Positions 17,165 through 27,177 of a stretch of 31,030 bases of DNA are shown here, piece by piece. Numbering within the stretch: the stretch's first letter is position 1; the number at the start of each line of letters is the position of its first letter. A program made the translations under genes and the position numbers. The stretch lies in the NCBI GenBank assembly GCA_018260615.1, contig JAGWDQ010000105.1, positions 1-31,030 of the forward strand, given 5' to 3'. Under the pieces are notes generated by a model. It saw only the letters and a list, made by a program, of their open reading frames with translations, was not told the origin of the DNA and did no database searches. This DNA comes from Candidatus Altarchaeum sp. GTDB taxonomy: Archaea; Altiarchaeota; Altiarchaeia; Altiarchaeales; Altiarchaeaceae.

Positions 17165-19045
17165 ATGAACGGGGAAATTTTAATTTATGCGTTACTGCCT
17201 TCACTGATAGCGGCATTTATACTACCTCTATTTAAGAACAAGCCAAATTTAAGGGACGGTCTTACAGTTATAGCAACAGTTATAACCTTTCTGATTGTAG
17301 CATTTTTACTATTGCCTCCGATATTGGATGGAAAAAATATTGTCCTGGAGTTGTTTAAATTTGCTCCCGGAATAACATTTACTTTAAGATTGGATGCTTT
17401 CGGAATGTTTTTTGCATTTGTTACAGCAACATTATGGGTTGTAACAAACATTTATGCAATCGGATATATGAGAGGATTAAAGGAGCATGCGCAGACCCGT
17501 TTCTTTGTCTATTTTACTTTATCAATTTTTGCGGCATTGGGAATTGCCTTTTCGGGAAATTTAATAACTTTGTTTATTTTTTATGAAATTTTGTCAATTG
17601 TGACTTATCCTTTAGTTATACATGAACAGGATTCAAAATCAATGAGGTCAGGTACTGAATATATGATTTATTTAATGGTTGCGTCAATGCTTTTACAGCT
17701 TACGGCAATTTTACTTATTTATGGAATTACCGGAACGTTAGAATTCGGTGAAGGAGGAATCGGAGCATTAGCACAAGGCGGCTCAATGCTTTTATCTGCA
17801 ATATTTTTAATGCTTATGTTCGGTTATGCAAAGGCGGCAATATTTCCTCTTCATTCATGGCTTCCGACGGCGATGGTTGCTCCCACTCCGGTTTCTGCAT
17901 TATTGCATGCAGTTGCAGTTGTAGTTGCAGGGGTATTCTGCGTTATGCGAACCGTTTTTGATGTTTTCGGACCAAATTTAATGCACTCCTTAAATTTAGA
18001 TCTCGTTCTGGGAATTTTTGCTGCTTTTACCTTACTTGCCGCAATATTCTTTGGAATTACACAGGATAATTTAAAGCGCAGAGTTGCATATTCTACCGTC
18101 AGTCAGCTTTCGTTTATGCTGCTTGGTGTAGCACTATTAACAAAAAGCGGACTGACCGGAGGAATTTTGCACATAGCAAGTCATTCTTTCGGAAAAATCG
18201 TTTTGTTCTTTGTTGCAGGAGCCATTTTTGTTGCTGCACATAAAAAACTTATCAGCGATTTAGACGGAATCGGAAGAAGAATGCCGATAACAATGCTTTC
18301 TTTTGCCGTTGGAACTTTGGCTATGATAGCGACGCCATTAACTCTGGCATATTTAAGTAAAGGAATGCTGCTCGAGGGTTCTTTCGCAAGCGGATACTGG
18401 ATATTCTTTATTGTCTTTTTGCTGGCTGGCTTACTTGATGCAATTTATTTCTTCCCGATAATTTATAAGGCATTTTTCAAAAAACCAAAGAAAGAGAATG
18501 AGATTGAATATTCAAAATTTAAGGAAGCAAATATCTTAATTTTAGCTCCGATAGTTGTAGTGGCAATTTTAGTCGTTGCATTTTATTTTATTCCTTTCCC
18601 GTTCTTAAATTTGGCGGAAATTAAAATTGAGCATATTCTGCCTGTTGCAGATGTTGTTAGCGAGGAAATTTCAAAACACTGGAGTGAAACCGCAGAATTT
18701 ATTGTCCTTGTCATAATTGCTTTATTCTTGTTGCTCAATTACAGGTATTTTGGCAAATCAAAAGGAAAGGAAATTATTAAATTTGACACGCCTTTTATTT
18801 ACGGCGGAAATCCTCTTTCAAAGATATGCACAGCGGCAAATTACAAATTACTTGTATTTTATCAGTGGGCAGTTAAATTATCTCATGCTCCTTATGCTTA
18901 TGTCATAAGTAAATTTAAAGGTAAAAATGTAGAAGATGTTGAGAAAGCACTAGATAAATCAGCGTATAAATTTATAACTTCATCAACAACGATGGCATTA
19001 ATATTCCTAATAATAGGATTTTTGGTCTTCATAATTAATTTGTAA
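17165..19045 (+). CDS. Proton-translocating antiporter-like subunit (MrpD/MnhD-like; NuoL/M/N superfamily)
   Basis: LRLDAFG, FIFYEIL, AKAAIFPLHSWLPTAMVAPTPVSALLHAVAVV, KRRVAYSTVSQL, HIASHSFGK; 626 aa. Confidence 0.85.
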   Translation: MNGEILIYALLPSLIAAFILPLFKNKPNLRDGLTVIATVITFLIVAFLLLPPILDGKNIVLELFKFAPGITFTLRLDAFGMFFAFVTATLWVVTNIYAIGYMRGLKEHAQTRFFVYFTLSIFAALGIAFSGNLITLFIFYEILSIVTYPLVIHEQDSKSMRSGTEYMIYLMVASMLLQLTAILLIYGITGTLEFGEGGIGALAQGGSMLLSAIFLMLMFGYAKAAIFPLHSWLPTAMVAPTPVSALLHAVAVVVAGVFCVMRTVFDVFGPNLMHSLNLDLVLGIFAAFTLLAAIFFGITQDNLKRRVAYSTVSQLSFMLLGVALLTKSGLTGGILHIASHSFGKIVLFFVAGAIFVAAHKKLISDLDGIGRRMPITMLSFAVGTLAMIATPLTLAYLSKGMLLEGSFASGYWIFFIVFLLAGLLDAIYFFPIIYKAFFKKPKKENEIEYSKFKEANILILAPIVVVAILVVAFYFIPFPFLNLAEIKIEHILPVADVVSEEISKHWSETAEFIVLVIIALFLLLNYRYFGKSKGKEIIKFDTPFIYGGNPLSKICTAANYKLLVFYQWAVKLSHAPYAYVISKFKGKNVEDVEKALDKSAYKFITSSTTMALIFLIIGFLVFIINL

Positions 19046-19048
19046 AAA

Positions 19049-20584
19049 ATGCTCAATTTAATACTTCCGGAGATAGTTATTGCGGTTGCAGCGATATTGA
19101 TATTATTAACAGGATTTAAATTTAAGAAAATTTCGGGATATATTGCCTTAATTGGAATTTTAATTTCGTTAATTTTGCTTTTTGCGATTGCAGTTCAGCC
19201 CATAAACACAACTGCGGATAGCACAGCAGCAATAACAATTGCCGAAGGAATAAGCATATTTTATGATGTCGGACTGCTCGCTATCGTCTTTAAATTTATA
19301 TTTCTGATTGTTGGACTGCTCGCAGTTATTGCATCTCTAAAATACACGGAGAAATTTATATCTGCTCAAATTTTTGACGCATATTATAGTTTGATACTTT
19401 TCGCAATTCTCGGAATGCTCGTTGTTGCTTCTGCAGCTGACTTATTAACATTATTTGTGGGACTGGAAATGGCTGCAATTCCTGCTTATGTGCTGGTTGC
19501 AATTGAGAAAACAAAAAAAGGAATAGAAGGAGCGGCAAAGTATTTTTTATTCGGGGCGGTATTTTCGGCAATTTTGTTATTTGGAATTTCACTGATATAT
19601 TTTTCAACCGGAAGTTTGATGCTTGATCAGATTGGAATTTTATGTCTGGGCGATGACGAAAATTTAAAGATATTAACATTTATCGGGGTTTTAGCTATAA
19701 TGCTGGGACTGGCGTATGAAATGAGTGCAGCTCCGTTCCATTTCTGGGCACCTGATGCTTATCAGGGCGCTCCTTCTCCTATCTCTGCTTTGCTCGCAGG
19801 TGCGTCAAAAAAGATGGCATTTGTTGCTCTGCTCAAAATTTTAGTGGTCTTCATGGTATTGTTTAAATTTGAGTTAAGCGTGATGCTTGCAATACTCGCC
19901 ATACTTTCAATGGTCGTCGGAAATGTGCTGGCTCTGGCACAAAAGGATGTAAGGAAAATGCTCGCATATTCATCAATTGCACAGGTCGGATATATTCTTG
20001 CAGCCATTGCAATATTTACTCCGTTAGGAATTGCTTATGCTATTTACTATATTATTGTTCATGCGTTTATGAAAGGCGGTGCATTTATTGCCGCAGGAGC
20101 TTTACTTTTTGTTTCAGACGGAAAAATTAAAAATTATGATGATTATAAGGGATTGTGGAGAACCGCTCCTATTACAGCAATTGCTATGGCTGCCTTTATG
20201 CTTTCGCTTGCAGGAATTGTTCCTTTCGGGGGATTTACGGCAAAAATTCTGGTTTTGGTTGAACTGTTTGTTCAGGCAATGCAGGAAAATTTAATTGCTT
20301 TGATTTTGGGTGTTGTAATGCTCATAACATCAGTTATCTCTCTGTATTATTATGGACGACTGATAAAATATATGTGGTTTGTTGAGCCGGAAGGAATGGA
20401 ACACAATAACGATGAACACGGTAGGCATAACGAACACAAGGAAGTAACATACCAGAAATTTAAAGAACCGCTTGCATTTGTAATTCCGATGTTTATTGCA
20501 GTAATCGCATTAATAATTTTGTTCTATGCTCCTCCTTTTGTTGAAATTTGCACAAACATTGTTGAATTGCTTGGAGTGAAATAA
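19049..20584 (+). CDS. nuoN: Complex-I-like subunit N
   Basis: LFVGLEM, EGAAKYFLFGA, APFHFWAPDAYQGAPSPISALL, KMLAYSSIAQVGY, LSLAGIVPFGGFTAK, SVISLYYY. Confidence 0.92.
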   Translation: MLNLILPEIVIAVAAILILLTGFKFKKISGYIALIGILISLILLFAIAVQPINTTADSTAAITIAEGISIFYDVGLLAIVFKFIFLIVGLLAVIASLKYTEKFISAQIFDAYYSLILFAILGMLVVASAADLLTLFVGLEMAAIPAYVLVAIEKTKKGIEGAAKYFLFGAVFSAILLFGISLIYFSTGSLMLDQIGILCLGDDENLKILTFIGVLAIMLGLAYEMSAAPFHFWAPDAYQGAPSPISALLAGASKKMAFVALLKILVVFMVLFKFELSVMLAILAILSMVVGNVLALAQKDVRKMLAYSSIAQVGYILAAIAIFTPLGIAYAIYYIIVHAFMKGGAFIAAGALLFVSDGKIKNYDDYKGLWRTAPITAIAMAAFMLSLAGIVPFGGFTAKILVLVELFVQAMQENLIALILGVVMLITSVISLYYYGRLIKYMWFVEPEGMEHNNDEHGRHNEHKEVTYQKFKEPLAFVIPMFIAVIALIILFYAPPFVEICTNIVELLGVK

Positions 20585-20890
20585 TTACAATCCTGAAGTT
20601 TTGCATTTTACTGTTTCAGTTATTGAATTTATATACAAATGGACATCAATAAAACAGAAAAAATTAAATTTTATGAGCATAAATTTTTCAAAACGCAAAA
20701 CTTGAGTTACAATCAAATTCTTGGTTTATTTTTTTGTTAAATTTTATTTCTCAAAGACAGAGTTTGGAATTTCTTATAAATGAGGAAGAGTATCCTAATT
20801 CACCTGACAGGGCAATTTCACGAAGTGCAAGGGCAATAGCCCGCCGCGGATACCCTTTGTTATGTGAAGTTGACGAAGGGACACAAATTA

Positions 20891-21268
20891 TTATTCTATC
20901 TCCATGCATCCTTTCTTATAATCAATGCAAACTCTAAAATTTTCAATAAAATTCAGCCCTATCAAACCCTCAATTCTTATTAACTCAGGAATATCATGAG
21001 ATATAACATCAATATTCTTAGCCTTGAATTTCCCCAGTGAAATTTCCCTGACTTTGATTATAGGGCATTCAACAACACCATTTGCAGTTGTTACGCTGGC
21101 TGTTTTTTGGATGAGATAAGGTTCATATCCGCAAAATTCCAGTGTTTTCCATGAAAGCATTGTTACTCTTGCACCAGTGTCCCATAACATTCTAACTATC
21201 TTTTCTCTGCTTCCCTTTATCATTATGGGCGTGATTATTGGAATATTACCTTTGATTTTTATCTTCAT
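20891..21268 (-). CDS. Retropepsin-like (clan AA) aspartic protease
   Basis: MLWDTGARVTML, TANG flap, GLIGLNF-x-x-x-F-x-V-x-IDY. The ATG at 21268 (7 nt after the upstream stop) is preferred over 21286. Confidence 0.85.
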   Translation of the reverse strand: MKIKIKGNIPIITPIMIKGSREKIVRMLWDTGARVTMLSWKTLEFCGYEPYLIQKTASVTTANGVVECPIIKVREISLGKFKAKNIDVISHDIPELIRIEGLIGLNFIENFRVCIDYKKGCMEIE

Positions 21269-21275
21269 TGTACAT

Positions 21276-21491
21276 TCAGAGTACATAGCCGTATCCTTTT
21301 TTTATTATTTCTCCCGCATAAAATGTAAAAACACTCTGTATATCGCTTTTTATTAATCTTTTGTCTAATTCTCGTCTGTCTTTGTCATGATCCAATAACT
21401 CGCCCTCTACAGGTATTCCTTCCTTATCCTTTGTGACTTTCACTGCAAGCCATTCGTCCTTGTGCTTCTTTTCCAATTCTTCTATTTTCAT
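21276..21491 (-). CDS. Small DUF5678-like protein
   Basis: 71 aa; KHKDEWLAVKV...GELLDHDKDRREL...FYAGE; directly upstream of the protease. Confidence 0.6.
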   Translation of the reverse strand: MKIEELEKKHKDEWLAVKVTKDKEGIPVEGELLDHDKDRRELDKRLIKSDIQSVFTFYAGEIIKKGYGYVL

Positions 21492-21551
21492 TTTACTATA
21501 AATTATAAAAATATTAAAAGTTATGTATAAATTAAAAAGAAAATTTAAAAA

Positions 21552-23507
21552 TCAGGCAATTCGTAATCCGTCAAAATTTTGCGGAGCATTTGCATCTATT
21601 CCGAAAAATTTATTTATTGCATAAGCAAAATTTACACATTTCTCTTTTTCACCGTGAACAACGAAAACCCTCTTTGGCTTCGGATTTATTTTCTTAATAT
21701 ATCCCAAAAGCTGCTTCTTATCTGCGTGTCCGGAAAATCCGTCAACCGTTGAAATTTGCATCTTAATTTCGTACCTTTTTGGTTTTCCGTTATCATGCAA
21801 AATAACCTCTTTTTGTCCCGTCTGTATTTCTTTTCCGAGGGAACCGCTTGCCTGATACCCGACAAAAATCATTGTATTTTTTTCGTCATTGCTTAGTCCC
21901 TTTAAGTATTCCAAAACAGGACCTCCTGTCATCATTCCGGCTGTAGCAATTATAATAGCCGGCTCCGGGGAATTTATTATTTCATCTCTTTCTTTCATAC
22001 CTTTTACCTGGTGGAAATTTTCATATAAGAAAGGATTATCCCCTTCATAAGTGCGGTTTTTTAAATAAGAATTTAAATATTCCGGATAAATCGTATGAAT
22101 TCCCGTTGCTTCCCATATCATCCCGTCCAAATATATCGGTACATTAATTTCTCTGTGTCTTTCCAATACAAGCATAACATCCTGAGATCTTCCGACAGCA
22201 AATGCGGGGATTAAAATTTTTCCTTTTCTTTCAATTGTTTCCTGTATTTTTTTTATTAAATTTTCCTCGGCATCCCTCCTGCCCGGCTGTTCATCATTTA
22301 TACCTCCGTAAGTTCCTTCAATTACAAGTGTTTCAACTCTGACAAACTGTGCCTGTGCCGGCTCCAGTAACCTGACATCTCCGAATTTTATATCGCCGGT
22401 ATAAACAAGGTTGTGCAAACCCTCTCCGACATGGATATGAACAATAGAAGATCCGAGTATATGTCCCGCATTATAAAATGTTAATTTCATGTCAGGAGTT
22501 ATATTTGCCACCTCATCATAATCAAGTGTAATGGTGTGCTTAATTACTTCCCTTATATCATTTGCAGAATATAATGCTGGCTCTTCATTCTTTTCCCATA
22601 TTTTCATCGCATCTATTAAAAGCAAAGTCATCAGGTCTCTTGTTGGTTCGGTACAATAAACAGGTCCGCGATATCCGTACTTAAACAGATATGGCAAAAA
22701 TCCGCAGTGATCCATGTGTGCGTGTGAAATAATAACTGCATCTAATCGTTCTATTGCCAAATCAGCGGCTCTGAAATCGGGAAATCTGTTTTTTCCCTGT
22801 GCGGCAACATTTATTCCGCAGTCCAGCAGGATATTACTTTCAGGTGTTTTAAGCAGAAAAGCAGATCTTCCGACTTCCGATGCTCCCCCCAATGGCATAA
22901 TTCTTACCCAATCGGGAGGCGATAACGGAGAACGATAAATTTTGTTGCCGATATCCTGTAAAATTTCCTGTCTTTCATGCATTAAATTTTTCGGTTCTTC
23001 AAAGAGTTCTTTCCACTCTTTTCTCTTTGCCAAATTTATAGTTCTTTGTGTTTCCGTATTTATTCCCATAATTGTTTTTCTTATACTGTCAACAATTTCG
23101 GCGTTAATCAGCGGTTTTCTCACAACCTCTGCATTCCACCCCGTTTGTTTCCAGACCTCGTTCAGTGTCTCTCCGTGTTTGCCTATTACCATTCCCAGCT
23201 TTTCCGCTTCAATATATACATTTTCAAAATACGGGTCAAAATTTATATCAGTTATGTTTGCCTCTTTGGGAATTATTTCATTTATTTTTTTGATTGTTGA
23301 CTGCGGATCCAAAAGACCTGACACTCCGCTCCTTAATATTATTCTTTTTTTCAGCTGTAATGCCAGATCTCTTATCTCATCCGTATGCTCCGTAAAATAT
23401 TTTCTGTCCTTTACATAAACAACAATTCTCGGACCCTCGGCAACAATCTTTGTCACTTTATCTCCAAGATGCTGCTCTATCGTGCGCTTTATATCTTTTA
23501 ATTCCAT
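21552..23507 (-). CDS. aCPSF1 (KH-domain beta-CASP ribonuclease, archaeal transcription-termination factor FttA)
   Basis: N-terminal KH domains, LGGASEVGRS, SHAHMDH, AGHILGS, YTGD, PAFAVGRSQ, GFSGHAD and VHGE; upstream neighbour is psmB. Confidence 0.95.
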   Translation of the reverse strand: MELKDIKRTIEQHLGDKVTKIVAEGPRIVVYVKDRKYFTEHTDEIRDLALQLKKRIILRSGVSGLLDPQSTIKKINEIIPKEANITDINFDPYFENVYIEAEKLGMVIGKHGETLNEVWKQTGWNAEVVRKPLINAEIVDSIRKTIMGINTETQRTINLAKRKEWKELFEEPKNLMHERQEILQDIGNKIYRSPLSPPDWVRIMPLGGASEVGRSAFLLKTPESNILLDCGINVAAQGKNRFPDFRAADLAIERLDAVIISHAHMDHCGFLPYLFKYGYRGPVYCTEPTRDLMTLLLIDAMKIWEKNEEPALYSANDIREVIKHTITLDYDEVANITPDMKLTFYNAGHILGSSIVHIHVGEGLHNLVYTGDIKFGDVRLLEPAQAQFVRVETLVIEGTYGGINDEQPGRRDAEENLIKKIQETIERKGKILIPAFAVGRSQDVMLVLERHREINVPIYLDGMIWEATGIHTIYPEYLNSYLKNRTYEGDNPFLYENFHQVKGMKERDEIINSPEPAIIIATAGMMTGGPVLEYLKGLSNDEKNTMIFVGYQASGSLGKEIQTGQKEVILHDNGKPKRYEIKMQISTVDGFSGHADKKQLLGYIKKINPKPKRVFVVHGEKEKCVNFAYAINKFFGIDANAPQNFDGLRIA

Positions 23508-23599
23508 CTTTACTTATGTTTCTTTATATTTGATTTGTGTTAGAAATTTACTTATTTTTCTTTTTGATATGTTTGTTTTATTAGAATAGTTGGAGGTGT

Positions 23600-23723
23600 T
23601 AAAAAATTTAAAAATGCTCACACAAAGCCACAAAGTCACAGAGTATATTTCTCCTTTGTGTCTTGGTGTCTCCGTGTGAGAATAATAAAACGAACTTTCC
23701 TGTACGATAAAAAATTTAAAAAT
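23600..23723 (+). repeat. Repeat module B flanked by a 16-bp direct repeat
   Basis: TAAAAAATTTAAAAAT at 23600-23615 and 23708-23723 brackets GCTCACACAAAGCC...CTTTCCTGTACGA. Confidence 0.88.
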
Positions 23724-24068
23724 TTGATTACCTACATGCTAAAGCCCGCTTATAATGTTGGTTGTTACAGGATAACACCGGATAATGCTTATAACTATAT
23801 TCTATGTTCATAACAATATACCTGCCAGCTAAAAAATATATCTTTTAAGATTGAAAAAATTTATGAAAAAATTTATTTTGAATTTCATAAAAGCACGATA
23901 TCAAAAATATATGCCCTGCTCATTAAATAATAAATAATCACCTATATTAATTAATATCCTGATAACTTAAATTAAATAAATATATTATGAACGCTACTAA
24001 ATAAAATAAATAATTAAACTAAAAAATAAAAATAAATAAAAATAAATTTGCTAAATTTAATTAAAATT

Positions 24069-24710
24069 TTACTTTCTTTTTACTTCGTCATAAATTTTCT
24101 TTACTTCATCCTTTGGCAGTTCTTTATAGCCCTCTCTCGTTATAAATGCAGACCTTATGTGATTTCCGGTAGCGGAATCCCTCTCCATAGCGATACCGAG
24201 TGCCTTTATTCCCAATTTTAAATTTTCCTCAATCGTTTTTTCAGCGGAGTATTCGGCTTCAAGAACTCCGTAAGCGGTTAAACTTCCCGAGCCGGTTGAA
24301 GCGGCATCTTCTTCTGTAACACCTCCTATCGGGTCAATTGAATAAATTTCTCCCAGATTTGTCTCAGTATTATATCCGCAAATCAGAATTTGCACAAGAT
24401 AAGGATAATATCTGTTTGCGTGCAAAATAGTGGTTCCAAGCGAGGTAATTCCTTTCGGCGATAATTCCCTGCCGTTTTGCATCCTGTAAAATGCCGCCTC
24501 TACATTGAGCAGTTCCATAAATTTCTCCGCATCTCCTACGGACCCTGCAACGGTTCCCGCCACATGGTCTGAAATTTTGTAAATTTTTCTTGCTTCCTTG
24601 CTTGCTATGAAACTTCCCATAGATGCCCTTGAGTCCGATACAAGCACAACACCATCTTTACATTTCAGTCCGATTGTTGTAGTTCCCTTATATATTGTAT
24701 TCGTGTCCAT
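24069..24710 (-). CDS. psmB: Proteasome subunit beta
   Basis: Short propeptide, then G|TTTIGL, SDSRAS, AGSVGDA, GSGS and RDSATG. Confidence 0.95.
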   Translation of the reverse strand: MDTNTIYKGTTTIGLKCKDGVVLVSDSRASMGSFIASKEARKIYKISDHVAGTVAGSVGDAEKFMELLNVEAAFYRMQNGRELSPKGITSLGTTILHANRYYPYLVQILICGYNTETNLGEIYSIDPIGGVTEEDAASTGSGSLTAYGVLEAEYSAEKTIEENLKLGIKALGIAMERDSATGNHIRSAFITREGYKELPKDEVKKIYDEVKRK

Positions 24711-24782
24711 TTGTGTTTTTATTATAAAAGTATTATAACTATTAATTACAACTATGAATAAAAATTTATAACTTTAATAACT

Positions 24783-25760
24783 TTAATAAATCCCTGCCGG
24801 AGAATTGTTTGTCGTTGTTATAATTAAATTTTCATTAAATTTTCTTAAATTTTCTAATTCCTCTGATATGTTATCTAAATTTTTGTTTCTGAATACACCG
24901 AAAACATAATTGTCTGTGAGGCCGCAATATAATGCAGCCCTCATTAAATAGCCAGTAATTTCATGAAATTTGCACTTGTCTCTGAATGACTGCAATGCAC
25001 ATCCCAAATTTGCCGCAGTGTAAAAATTTCCTTTTAAAATTTCATCCCACAAAATTTCATCAGCACCTTTTATATTTGTGCCTTTGTTATTTTCGCTTTC
25101 ATCCGCTTCGTCTTCTTTGTTTTTCGGAATTAAAATAACATAAGATTTTTCATTTTCCGCATACTGCAAAATTTCGTATTTGGAGTCACCTGTTTTATAT
25201 ATTTTGCCAATAGCAACTCCGCCAAAATACGAGGAGTATGCCCGAATGTAATTAATGTAAGTAATATCCGAATTTATTAACGCAACAATATCATCAAAAA
25301 TTTCCCCGTAGGTATAAATTTTTTTGTGAATTTTTATGAGTTTTCTTTTTGTAAACTTATCAGTTCTTAACTTTTTCTCCATTATTTCATCATAAATTAT
25401 GCCGTATTTGCCTGCTACAATGCCATAAGCGGCGATGCCTGCTGCCGAAAATATTGAAAATTTGTCGTTTTTGTTTTCCGGGGAAATTTGAATGTTTATT
25501 CCGTAAGGGAATTCAAATTTTTTAAAAATTTTACTGATGAGGGTTTCCAGTTCACTTTTTAATTCATCGCACCCGTAAATTTCAATATTGTTTTCATTAC
25601 TTCTTTCATTAATTGTTGCTTTTGCCGTTGTTTTTAAGGATATGCCAAAAAATGCCGCTCTTTCATCACCGAAATTTACTAACGGGAGCGAGGAAAAACA
25701 AATTGCAGAAATTTCCTCTTTGTCTAATTTGTCCGTGTTTATATTATCTGTATGGTTCAT
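24783..25760 (-). CDS. Degenerate archaeal shikimate-kinase-like (GHMP fold) protein
   Basis: AAFFGISLKT, SSYFGGV and LKGNFYTA resemble archaeal AroK blocks, but the PxxxGLxSSAA and GLSGxGP motifs are absent. Confidence 0.5.
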   Translation of the reverse strand: MNHTDNINTDKLDKEEISAICFSSLPLVNFGDERAAFFGISLKTTAKATINERSNENNIEIYGCDELKSELETLISKIFKKFEFPYGINIQISPENKNDKFSIFSAAGIAAYGIVAGKYGIIYDEIMEKKLRTDKFTKRKLIKIHKKIYTYGEIFDDIVALINSDITYINYIRAYSSYFGGVAIGKIYKTGDSKYEILQYAENEKSYVILIPKNKEDEADESENNKGTNIKGADEILWDEILKGNFYTAANLGCALQSFRDKCKFHEITGYLMRAALYCGLTDNYVFGVFRNKNLDNISEELENLRKFNENLIITTTNNSPAGIY

Positions 25761-26466
25761 AGTTGTCTGATGGTTTTTTGTAAATGGAAAATTTAATAAA
25801 ATTTTTAAGATGATATATTATAATATTTGCAGTTCCGCCTTTTTCAACCCTTCTCGGCGATGTAAATACATTTGATTTTCTCGCAAAAACACATTTTCCA
25901 AATTTAGATGCCCTTTTACTTAAATCCAAATCTTGCGATGTAACAAAATTTTCGTTAAAACCTTTTAGTTTTTCAAACACATCTTTGCGATAACCGACAC
26001 ACGCACCATAAAATAAAGGATATTGTATCTTAGAGGACAACCATGCTAATTCAGAAGACATATTATAAGAAAAATGTGTACTTAATGAACCGTTTGTTTT
26101 TAAATAAGTGCAGACGCTAACAACATTTTCATCTTCAAATTTCTTTGAGATTTCTGTTATTGCTCCGTCAAGAGGATAAGTATCGGCATCCATTAAAATT
26201 AAAATTTCTCCTGTTGCCTGTTTTGCCCCGAAATTTGTTGCTATCGCAGCACTTGCCTTGCTCAAATGAAATGCCTTAAAATTTTTATCTGCATCGGCAT
26301 ATCGCTTTGATATTTCATAAGTCATGTCATCACTTCCGTTTTCAACTACAAGTATTTCTAAATTTTCATATTCCCTATTTTTTATCTCTTTAAGTTTTGA
26401 CAATGTTGTTTCAATGTATTTTTCTTCGTTGTATGCAGGAATTATGATGGAAATTTTTTTGTCCAT
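25744..26466 (-). CDS. Family 2 glycosyltransferase
   Basis: SIIIPAYNEE, VVENGSDD, MDAD (DxD), GFNE...QDLDL and TSPRR. Confidence 0.92.
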   Translation of the reverse strand: MDKKISIIIPAYNEEKYIETTLSKLKEIKNREYENLEILVVENGSDDMTYEISKRYADADKNFKAFHLSKASAAIATNFGAKQATGEILILMDADTYPLDGAITEISKKFEDENVVSVCTYLKTNGSLSTHFSYNMSSELAWLSSKIQYPLFYGACVGYRKDVFEKLKGFNENFVTSQDLDLSKRASKFGKCVFARKSNVFTSPRRVEKGGTANIIIYHLKNFIKFSIYKKPSDNYEPYR

Positions 26467-26514
26467 ATTTTATTTAGATTAGTTGGAAAATAAATTTTTA
26501 ATAAATTAATATTT

Positions 26515-27177
26515 TCACTGCAATATGACGTTTTTATTGTTCCCTGATTTCTGTTGTATTCCGTTATTTTCAATTATCCCGATTATGTCGCCGCCAACGA
26601 TAATCGTTCTTTTCGCACCGTAACTTTCCAGGAGCATGATGACGTCATCCCTATCGTGTGCAAGCCATTCTTTCATGTCTTCAAAGGTATTGACGCCGTC
26701 TGCTTCACCCAGCAAATTATGAAATAACCGGCTGTTCTGGAATATACCTCCGCATTTATTAAAAAAACCATCCTCGGTGAATGGTTCACAAATTATTGTT
26801 TTTTTAGATATATTCATGCAAATTTCAATAAGTTTTTTGTCATTTGGAATAACATGATGCAAAACATCACATATTAAGGTGACATCGCATTGGGAATAGT
26901 TTTTCTCATCCAGCAGATTCCCTGTTTTAATGTTTAACCCTTTATTTTTTGCATGCTCAGCAAATTTTTCATTAAGGTCAATTCCATTGTACTCGCAGGT
27001 TTTGTCAAGAAATTGTGCAAATTTTCCAGTCCCGCAGCCGACATCAATAACTTTCTTATTACTTCCGATCTCACGGGAAATGATTTCGTATCTCTCTTTA
27101 AGCGAATTTCCGTGAAGAAACTTCAAAATCAGGTCATAAACTTTCGGATGATTATACATTAAACTTTTTTTTGCCAT
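26515..27177 (-). CDS. Class I SAM-dependent methyltransferase
   Basis: VIDVGCGTG, GIDLN and DVLHHV. Confidence 0.88.
   Translation of the reverse strand: MAKKSLMYNHPKVYDLILKFLHGNSLKERYEIISREIGSNKKVIDVGCGTGKFAQFLDKTCEYNGIDLNEKFAEHAKNKGLNIKTGNLLDEKNYSQCDVTLICDVLHHVIPNDKKLIEICMNISKKTIICEPFTEDGFFNKCGGIFQNSRLFHNLLGEADGVNTFEDMKEWLAHDRDDVIMLLESYGAKRTIIVGGDIIGIIENNGIQQKSGNNKNVILQ

Noticed and set aside
20639-20937. 33-aa ORF (20639-20740) and 67-aa ORF (20734-20937) joinable by a shift in a T7 run; locally GC-richer
   Set aside because: No recognisable motif or RNA fold, and it overlaps the protease 3' end convergently. It may be a gene remnant but cannot be supported.
23896-23909. ACGATATCAAAAAT match to 9885-9898
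   Set aside because: It is an isolated 14-bp AT-rich match with no flanking homology.
21552-24710. aCPSF1 next to the proteasome beta subunit
   Set aside because: This is a well-known conserved archaeal neighbourhood and is not novel.
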